A DNA stretch of 64,000 bases from Octopus vulgaris (taxonomy: Eukaryota), in assembly GCA_951406725.2 (NCBI GenBank), contig OX597816.1:166160001-166224000 (forward strand), read 5' to 3'. Shown here piece by piece: positions 54,688-64,000 of the stretch; the stretch's first letter is position 1, and each line of letters opens with the position of its first letter. A model generated the notes under the pieces. It worked only from the letters and a program-made list of their open reading frames with translations, searched no databases and was not told the origin of the DNA. The position numbers were made by a program, and so were the translations under genes.

Positions 54688-56143
54688 CTGGAAGAAAGAA
54701 GGGCGGACAATTAGGAATAAATTAATTATAAAAACAAATAAATATTTAGAAAAAATATAATGTGTCTTGAATGGCAAAACAATGCAGAGCGGACTATAAT
54801 AACTGTTATAATTTAATTATTCATAGTCTTATATAATAATAATATTTCAGAATACAAAACTTCCTTCTTCAGATATTGCTAGGAATTGTAGCAGTGACTC
54901 GAACAATTCTTAGTGATATCTACAGAAGTAGGCATTAACACACTCAGTGCTGTGGGCATGATAATTAATTGATTAATTAACTAAGACCATATCTGTATTG
55001 AGGAGAGGTAAGCATTGTTGAACAATGTTTAACTCTGCAAAACAGAGGCAAGGGAGAAAATACAAATCAAAAGTGATATTTTGAAGTGGGTTGGTCTGAG
55101 GAGTCCCAATTAATCAGATAATTAAATTATGTGGTGAAGGATGAGTTGATTTTTGGCAAACATGCTGATAATCCAGAATTTGGTTTAATCTAACTTTAAT
55201 GAAGAATTTGGTAAAATAATCTATTTTAGCAGAAATAGTATATTTTAGCAGAAATATGGTAATAAAAATGTTAATAATGACAAAAGTTATTTGACAAAAT
55301 TCTTGGGTCTTATTAAAATTGATTAAGACAAAAGCTATTTATATTTCTTTACTACCCACAAGGGGCTAAACACAGAAGGGACAAACAAGGACAGACAGAG
55401 GGATTAAGTCGATCACATCGACCCCAGTGTGTAACTGGTACTTAATTTATCGACCCTGAAAGGATGAAAGGTAAAGTCGACCTCAGCGGAATTTGAACTC
55501 GGAACGTAACAACAGACGAAATATGGCTACGCATTTCGCCCAGCGTGCTAACGTTTCTGCCAGCTCGCCACCTTTTAAGACAAAAGCTATATATTTCAAC
55601 ACAAATATGGTAACAAAAAAATTTAGAATTTCTACTAGAACATCTACTGACTGTTATAATTAAAATAGTCATTGGTACCTTTTTGTGTTAATGCTAATTA
55701 TCACCAAGCACAAAAGCAATGAGACATGATGAGATGTTTATGAATTTTGTTTTCAAGACGATATCGAATGATACAAAACCTCAAGCAAGAAAACATGATT
55801 GTGACCTCAATAGTATTGCTTGGTTGACAGTCTGCCACAACAGATACAGCTTGAATGTCATCATTTTAAGGGTCAGTCTCATTCATTGACATGGGGTTCA
55901 AATCCACCTCCGCATTACTATCACAGCTATAGTTAATGAGAAGTAAAAAAGTTTCCACTGTTGGAAAAGTTTCTCAACTCCAACCTGAACAATGAATGGT
56001 AGGAGTCTTCTCTGACAAGTAAAAACAAAATGGAATTAATAAAATCAATATATTATATTTTCTCAGCAGATTCATTCACATCTTAAAAATGAATATATTA
56101 TTATTATTATCATCATCATCATCATTATTATTATTATTATTAT

Positions 56144-56265
56144 CCAATGTCTTTGCACAGCTTTTAACAATGGAGATGTACTACGGTGCCAGCTGTTCAC
56201 TACCAGCGAACTAAAGCAACACGCCTTATTTTTCGAGCACCATCCGGAGTGTTCGAGCTGTTCCA
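56144..56265 (-). mobile_element. Short R4/Dong-like 3' terminus embedded in (TAA)n
   Basis: GTARTLRMVLEK* plus 3'UTR homologous to 49862-49976. Confidence 0.8.
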
Positions 56266-56289
56266 TTATTATTGTTATTATTATTATTA

Positions 56290-58285
56290 CGGAGAGGGTC
56301 ATAGCCCAACTAATTAGAGAGAGAGTTAGTTTAGATGAGATGCAGTTTGGGTTTGTGCCAGGGAAAAGTACTACTGATGCTATATTCCTGGTAAGGCAGC
56401 TGCAGGAGAAATACCTAGCCAAAGATAAGCCCCTGTACCTGGCTTTTGTTGACATGGAGAAAGCCTTCGACAGGGTCCCCCGATCCCTTATCTGGTGGGC
56501 AATGAGAAAACTAAGGATAGATGAATGGTTAGTGAGAGCTGTGCGGGCCATGTATAGGGACGCCGCTAGTAGGGTGAGGGTTGGAAATGAGTACAGTGAA
56601 GAATTCCGGGTAGAGGTAGGGGTCCACCAAGGCTCAGTACTCAGCCCCCTCCTATTTATCATAGTCCTCCAGGCAATAACGGAGGAATTCAAGACAGGAT
56701 GCCCTTGGGAGCTCCTCTATGCTGATGACCTTGCTCTAATTGCTGAGTCGCTATCAGAACTGGAGGAGAAGTTTCAGGTGTGGAAACAAGGATTAGAATC
56801 GAAGGGCCTCAGAGTCAATCTAGCTAAAACCAAAGTCGTAATCAGTAGGAAGGTAGACAAATCACAAACACCTTCAGGTAGATGGCCCTGCTCGATCTGT
56901 AGAAAAGGTGTAGGTAGAAACTCTATAAGATGCACCAAGTGTAAGCTATGGACACATAAGAGATGCAGCAATGTCAAAGGAAGGCTAACTAGGAAGATGG
57001 TTTTTGTATGTGGCAGATGCTCAGGAACAATAAACACTGAAAATGCTCTGAGACCAACTTCTGTCACTTTCCAGGGAGAAAAACTAGAAATAGTTGATAG
57101 TTTCCGTTACCTAGGTGACCAAGTCAGCAGCGGGGGCGGGTGTGCTGAAAGTGTAACTGCTAGAGTAAGAATAGCTTGGGCAAAGTTCAGAGAGCTCTTA
57201 CCTCTGCTGGTGACAAAAGGCCTCTCGCACAGAGTGAAAGGCAGACTGTATGATGCGTGTGTACGAACAGCCATGCTACATGGCAGTGAAACATGGGCCG
57301 TGACTGCTGAGGATATGCGTAAGCTCGCTAGAAATGAAGCCAGTATGCTCCGATGGATGTGTAATGCCAGTACTCACACTCGGCAGAGTGTAAGTACCTT
57401 GAGAGAAAAGCTGGACCTAAGAAGCATCAGTTGTGGTGTGCAAGAGAGACGTTTGCGCTGGTATGGTCATGTGGCGAGAATGGATGAAGATAGTTGTGTG
57501 AAAAAGTGCCACACCTAGCGGTTGAGGGAACCTGTGGAAGAGGCAGACCCAGGAAAACCTGGGACGAGGTGGTGAAGCACGACCTTCGAACTTTAGGTCT
57601 CACCGAGGAAATGACTAGAGACCGAGACCTCTGGAAGTGTGCTGTGCGCGAGAAGACCCGGCAGGACAAGTGAGTCCACAACCCGTGGCCTTCTACATGG
57701 GATAGAGCCAGCCTACGTATGCATACCTTCCCTTCTTGGGACACAAAACTCTACTTGTGAAGACGTGTTGAGGCAAGTGAGGATCAGAATCGAAATCGAT
57801 CAATGGAAATTGCGGATGTGCTACCAGTGCCGGTGGCATGTCGAAACTCTGCTTGTGAAGACCCATTGAGGCAAGTGAGGATCAGAATCGAAATCGATCA
57901 ATGGAAATCGATCAATGGAAATTGCAGATGTGTTACCAGTGCCGGTGGCATGTAAGAGAACCTTCCGTTTCGCGACCGTTGCCAGCACCGCCCCGTTTCG
58001 TGTTCGTTGCCAGCCTCGCCTGGCCTTCGTGCCGGTGGCACATAAAAAACACCATCCGTTCGTGGCCGTTTGCCAGCTCTGGCTGGCACCAGTGCGGGTG
58101 GCACGTAAAAAGCACCCACTACACTCACGGAGTGGTTGGCGTTAGGAAGGGCATCCAGCCGTAGAAACACTGCCAGATTTGACTGGGCCTGATGAAGCCT
58201 TCTGGCTTCACAGATCCCAGCAGAACCGTCCAACCCATGCTAGCATGGAAAACGGACGCTAAATGATGATGATGATGATGATGAT
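56290..58285 (+). mobile_element. Young 5'-truncated RTE LINE; 392-aa open RT, single frameshift at about 57514
   Basis: ORF 56340-57518 with GVHQGSVLSP, LYADD, FRYLG; 3'UTR and (GAT)n tail. Confidence 0.95.
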
Positions 58286-58303
58286 TATTATTATTATTAT
58301 TAT

Positions 58304-58353
<50 letters not shown>

Positions 58354-60403
58354 TTTTATTTTACCAAGATTTTTGCTGGAATTGAAAAATAATCACAACT
58401 GAATACTACTTAAGGTGTATACATATATATACATATATATATTTGTAGAACATGCACACATACGTCTGGAAGCACAAACAACAATACAATAATCCTTTGC
58501 CATATTCCATCATCATCATCATTATTTAATGTCCGCTTTCCATGCTAGCATGGGTTGGACGATTTTGACTGAAGGCTGGTGAACCACATGGCTGCACCAG
58601 GCTCCAATCTTGATCTGGCAGAGTTTCTACAGCTGGATGCCCTTCCTAAAGCCAACCACTCCGAGAGTGTAGTGGGTGCTTTTATGTGCCACCGGTACAG
58701 GAGCCAGTCAGGCAGTACTGGCAATGACCTCACTCGAATGTTTTTTCACGTGCCACTGACACAAGCACCAGTGAGGCGACACAGTTAACGATCCTGCTCA
58801 AATGGTGCCTTTTACATGCCACCGGCACAGAAGCCAGTTAACGCGGTTCATCTATTATGGTTTATCATTTAAGCTTACATCGATTCCTTGTGGTGCTGTT
58901 TTGCATTTATAATAAAATAAATGCATACAAATTATAAAAATGATAAAAAAAAAAACATACAGTACAATACTGTTTCTACTTCGTGGATTTTCACTTATTG
59001 CAAGGCCTCTTGGAACATAACACCCACGATAGTCGAGGCATTAGTGTATAAAAAAAACCCGGAATTTTCAAGAGTTTGAAACTTATGAGTGTGTTATTAA
59101 GTATATGACTATGTTCAAGTTTGATCTTTTATCAAGGAATTTTCATATTTCTTTATTGAATCCTTTCTGTTTAGTTAACTCAATAGCATTCATGACTCAT
59201 TTGTCTGTTAACCTTTCAAGAAGTACACAATCTCATCTTCAAAATAAAGTAATGGAGATGTTGGTGCATTTTTAGTGCTCTTTGCAGTAAGACCTAAAGG
59301 ATCATAGAAATAATTTTGAAACTGATAAAAATCATCAGTCCTGATAGGTATGGCTGTGTGGTAAGAAGTTTGCTTCCTAACCACATGGTCCCAAGTTCAG
59401 TCCACTGCACAGCATCTGGGGTATGTGTCTTCTACTATCGCTCTTGGCTGATCAATGCCTTGTGAATAAATTTGCTAGACAGAAATTGTATGGAAGACTG
59501 TTGTGTGTATGTGGACAATAAACTTTGCTTGTGAAGACCTATTGAGGCAAGCGAAATCAAATCAAAATTGCTGCCGGGGCCGATGACAGTACCGCCTGGT
59601 TGGCACACATTTTGAAAAGAGGACTGTGCAGATCTCAAAACTTTGATAGACTAATGGATTTAAGAATAGTGTTGGAAAACTCCTTTAAAAAAGAAATCAA
59701 ACTTGAAATAGTTTCCGTCTGTACTTCCTTCCGGTTTTACAAGGTATGTGCAAAAGCAAATTGGCATAATTTTTGTACATATGTGAAGTTCAGGACGAGG
59801 GACATGTGTTGCACCAGACTTTTGTTGATGGATATTCAGAAAAGATGTGGAAAGTAGCAGGTTCAGATTGGAGGAAACATAAGTTTCATAGATTGGTGAA
59901 CTGAGGAGATTGTATAGCAAAATAGATGATGAGTGGTAAGAAAGTTGGCAGTGGGAAGGGTACAAGATACGAGATTGTTCAATTGGTAGAGTGCAGTGAT
60001 GGTTTAAAGTAATCACGCGTAGGATGACATAGAACTAAGCTTCGCGGTCACAACCACAGCTATAGAAATGGAAGGACTGTGTGTAGAGGACAGTAGATTT
60101 GGCTTCGAGAGTAGAAGCAACAATGAATCCGGAGGAAAGTATTAGATTATAAAACATGCAGAAAATAGTTGAAAATAAGTTTTAACAAATAATGATAAAT
60201 CTCCGAGTGAGATATAAACAGCAGCAGCACGACATCATGAAGTATGTTTGCCACCTAAATGTGGCTGATCCATATGGGACGATACTACTAGAATTTATAG
60301 CCCCAGCAAGACATCTCCTTCAGCTGGCTAATGACACACTGTCTGTGCCCTACCAGTATTTGCAAAAGGAAATCATCTTTCTCATCTCTAGCCTGACGTG
60401 ATA

Positions 60404-60448
60404 CACACGGACCAGGATTTCTGGGTAGTAACCCGTCATCAGCGCGTG
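60404..60448 (-). ncRNA. Hammerhead motif, left arm
   Basis: CACGCG-CUGAUGA-CGGGU UACU ACCCA-GAAA-UCCUGG-UC^CGUGUG. Confidence 0.75.
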
Positions 60449-60511
60449 AGAATCGAGATCGGCGACTTTTTGTCGCTGGAAAAAGCATATATGTTTGCAT
60501 CCGGTGATTGC

Positions 60512-60556
60512 CACGCGCTGATGACGGGTTACTACTCAGAAACCCGGGTCCGTGTG
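60512..60556 (+). ncRNA. Hammerhead motif, right arm
   Basis: CACGCG-CUGAUGA-CGGGU UACU ACUCA-GAAA-CCCGGG-UC^CGUGUG. Confidence 0.83.
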
Positions 60557-61563
60557 TATCACGTCGGGCTAGAGACGGGAACGATGATTTCCCTTTGCAA
60601 ATACTGGTAGGGCACAGACAGAGTGTCATTAGCCAGCTGGAGGAGATGTCTTCCTGGGGTTATAAACTACAGTATCATCGTCCCATATGGGTCAGCTACA
60701 TTTAGGCGGAAAATATACTTCAGTTTAAACAAAGTTACTGGAAAGCTGTCAGATTTCATTTGTCAACATAAAGCAACCGCTCTTTGAAAACTCGTTTGGA
60801 GAAAGACATTTAAGTAGAAAATAATAATATACACAAAAACTAAAAAGAAAGAATTAAAGTAAATAAATAACAAATAAATATAGAAACTGCCTGCATTGAG
60901 TAAAGTTTGGTGAATATAGTTAACAATTAAAACTGTTGCTAAAGGCATAAACAAAATATACAATTGAAAGTTGAGTTAAGAAAGGACAACAATGGAAACT
61001 TAGTCTGTAATAGAGATAAGAATAATAGAAAAGACAGCTGCGAAACCTGACGGTTTTCTACATATTTTAATGGTTTAGAGTCTTATAACGGAGTAATAGA
61101 TAGGAGCGTGTTTGTAAGTTGATAATAGTTCAAACCTTAAATGCATACCTTCAGACAAGACGTCTTTTGTCTTGCACATATTGCAACTCAGTTTTAACCC
61201 ACAACCTATATCTATGTACGATGTCGTAGATTCTAGCACTAACCAAAGGATCTTAAATTTATGTATCATTGTCATTCCTTAAGCTACCAGATATACTTGG
61301 ATAATGCTGTGATGAATTTTCTTTCTGGGTTAATAAAGATATTTGTGCTGATAAAGGTGAACAATTAATACATATACAACATAAATAAAAAGGTCCCCAC
61401 CCACTGTGTTTTACGCTTTGGGGTTTTACATATGGTATGGTATTGTTCCGTAGAGTTGCGTTTAGTAATAACGAGAAACGCCTGTAAAGTTAATGGTGAC
61501 ATATGCACGAACGCCAGCAGGCCGAAACTTGGAAGTCGCTTTCACACCTCTTGTAAAAGTTCA

Positions 61564-61619
<56 letters not shown>

Positions 61620-61699
61620 AACTGCAGCGTGGAAGGTGTTTATAAGCCATTTAAGAAACACACAAAAACCGTTAGATTCACTTCAACATTTAAATTTAA

Positions 61700-61750
61700 T
61701 TTGTCAAAATATTTTCGTCACTTTGAAACCGCGACCTGTTCACTGACAAA
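61700..61750 (-). ncRNA. G3-C8 hammerhead variant, second copy, in repeat 61615-61752
   Basis: UUUGUCA-GUGAACA-G-GUCGC GGUUUCAAA GUGAC-GAAA-AUAU-UU^UGACAAA. Confidence 0.7.
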
Positions 61751-63124
61751 ACTTCGTGTTGCAACACGAACAACACTATCTTCGCAAAAAGAAATGTTGT
61801 TGATAAGAGCTATCCAATTTCTTAGAAGACGTAAACACGTTCCGATTCGAGTTCAGTAAACGTAATACGTCATCAAATTATTCTATATTAAACAAACGTT
61901 TGATGATCTTAATTAAGCTCAGGGATCTTGAATACAAAACCGAAGTTTCTAGAATCTTTTATTTATAACTTGTGTACATGGTGAGAGGTATGAAAATATA
62001 TGCTTTGCTGTTACAACCACTCGTTGCTTCCTGTTTGCCGTCTGATAGTAGGTAGCTGCTTGCAATGCAACCACGTATTCTTGAATCGTAGCAGATATGT
62101 TGTTACTTTCTTTTAAAAAAATAATAATAAATGCGCCCTTTTAAAGCCTAGCCAAGGTCATGGGCACGGTACCCCGGTTTCTATGGCGTATGTGTTCCCC
62201 AGCTGGACGGGACGCCAGTCCATCGCAGCGTTACTCATTTTTGCCAGCTGATGGACTGGAGCAACGTGAAATGAAGTGTTTTACTCAAGAACACAACGCG
62301 TCACCCGGTCCAGTAATCGAAACCACAATCTTACGATCATGATGCTGACACCCTAACCACTAAGCCACGTGCCTCCACACTTTCTTTTTACTAACATTGA
62401 ATTCTTGTAAATTCGTTTTGGTTGCAAACACCATTGTTGCAACAAACACTTGGTTTTTATATAGTCATTTTGTTTACTTTGAAAGCGACGGCATGTGAAG
62501 TTGTATTTTTCAAACCTGACGCGCGAAACTCTTAAAAACAACGGTGTGTCAGGTAAAGTTATTTGATTAAAACAGATTAGAATGTGAAGGTGTGATGTAA
62601 CAGAAATAGTTTATTTGGACGTTTTGTTACAGCGCACCTTGATAGCCGCTTCTTTAATTAAATAATGCTTATGTTGATCTTTCATCTCATTAGTAAAATC
62701 ACCCGCAGTAATTAAAGGTGTAAAGATAGATCAAAGAGTTCTAGTTCGATCCTTTAACATAGTGGAGTGACGGTAAGCACACACACACACCTTGTGAGTG
62801 AATTTGGTAGAAAGAAACTGAAGGAAGGCTATCGACTGTTTACGTCCCCGTAAACTAGTGTTTGATGAAAGAGGCCGATAGCATAAGTACCAATTTTTTT
62901 TTTTTTAATTAGTACTGAGGTCAATTCTTTTGACTAATATTCTTCGAGATGGTGCCCAAGGATGTCTGCAGTCTAATAACTGAAGCAAGTAAAAGAACTA
63001 AATAGTAAAATAGTATAATTTTCAGTGATTAGAAATAGTAATTTATAGAACGTTGACGTTAAAAACAGAGACATGTGGAGCGAAAGGCATTTTGTTTGTG
63101 AATGTCACAATACGTCAAAATATT

Positions 63125-64000
63125 CTTTTCTATTCTAGACACAAGGCCCGAAATTTTGAGGGAGAGTACCAGTCGATTAGATCGACCCCAGTACGCGATT
63201 GGTACCTAATCTATCGACCACGAAAGGATGAAAGGCAAAGTCGGCCTCGGTGGATATTGAATTCAGAAAATAAGGACAGACGAAATACCGCTAATCATTT
63301 CGCCCGACGTGCTAACGTTTCTTATTTCTTTATTGCCTACAAGGGGCTAAACATAGGAGGGACAAACAAGTACAGACAAAGGGATTAATCGATTACATCG
63401 ACCCAGTACGCGACTAGTACTTAATCTATCGACCCCGAAAGGATGAAAGGCAAAGTCGACCTCGGCGGAATTTGAACTCAGAACATAACGGCAGACGAAA
63501 TACCTATTTCTTTACTACCCACAAGGGGCTAAACACAGAGAGGACAAACAAGGACAGACAAACGAATTAAGTCGATTATATTGACCCCAGTGCGTAACTG
63601 GTACTTATTTAATCGACCCCGAAAGGAAGAAAGGCAAAGTGGACCTCGGTGGAATTTGAACTCAGAATGTAACGGCAGACGAAATACCACTAAGCATTTC
63701 GCCCGACGTGCTAACGTTTCTTATTTCTTTATTGCCCACAAGGGGCTAAACATAGAGGGAACAAACAAGGACAGACAAAGGGATTAAGTCGATTAGATCT
63801 ACCCTAGTGCGTAAATGGTACTTAATTTATCGACCCCGAAAGGATGAAAGGCAAAGTCGACCTAGGCGGAATTTGAACTCAGAACGTAAAGACAGACGAA
63901 CTACCTATTTCTTTACTACCCACTAGGGGTGGAATTTGAACTCAGAACGTAGCGGCAGACGAACTACCGCTAAGCATTTCGCCCGCTGTGCTAACGTTTC
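63125..64000 (-). mobile_element. Tandem concatemer of at least 4 SINE units running to the window end
   Basis: Repeated CCCCGAAAGGATGAAAGGCAAAGTCGACC..CAAGGGGCTAAAC modules with alternating junctions. Confidence 0.85.

Larger units (their letters stand above)
60238..60722. mobile_element. Inverted repeat (arms 60238-60448 and 60512-60722) of a Penelope-like terminal repeat
   Basis: About 210-nt reverse-complementary arms, each with a hammerhead next to the central spacer. Confidence 0.85.

Noticed and set aside
54831-54878. Minus-strand CUGAAGA..GAAA hammerhead
   Set aside because: Stems I and III pair poorly in AT-only sequence; likely chance.
59660-60120. 118-aa ORF or HMIT first exon
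   Set aside because: No transporter motifs; looks like a heavily decayed repeat that I cannot classify.
61075-61275. ORF with possible GTATGC donor as HMIT exon 1
   Set aside because: No TM1-4 similarity.

Overview
Repeat-dense, AT-rich eukaryotic DNA. The tRNA-derived SINEs, RTE LINEs with (GAT)n tails and long (TA)n/(TAA)n tracts point to a cephalopod, most likely Octopus (inference). One host gene is supported: a minus-strand SLC2A13/HMIT-like (proton/myo-inositol cotransporter family) MFS transporter. I traced 8 coding exons (54687 to 22823) with GT-AG sites and consistent phases, giving about 436 aa; the N-terminal exon(s) were not found in the window. The rest is RTE, CR1 and R4/Dong-like LINE remnants, SINEs, a Helitron-type element, MITEs and a mariner relic. 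The main hidden signal is a set of minimal type-I hammerhead ribozyme motifs in Penelope-like remnants on both strands: 8 near-complete copies plus decayed ones. They have short, mostly palindromic stem III and show three different Watson-Crick versions of the core 3:8 pair (C-G, U-A, G-C). Two such remnants form inverted repeats, and one of these brackets a templated copy of nearby DNA. Also notable are a 14-unit array of retroelement 3' ends separated by variable (TAA)n, and a PHD-like finger inside the RTE reverse transcriptase.
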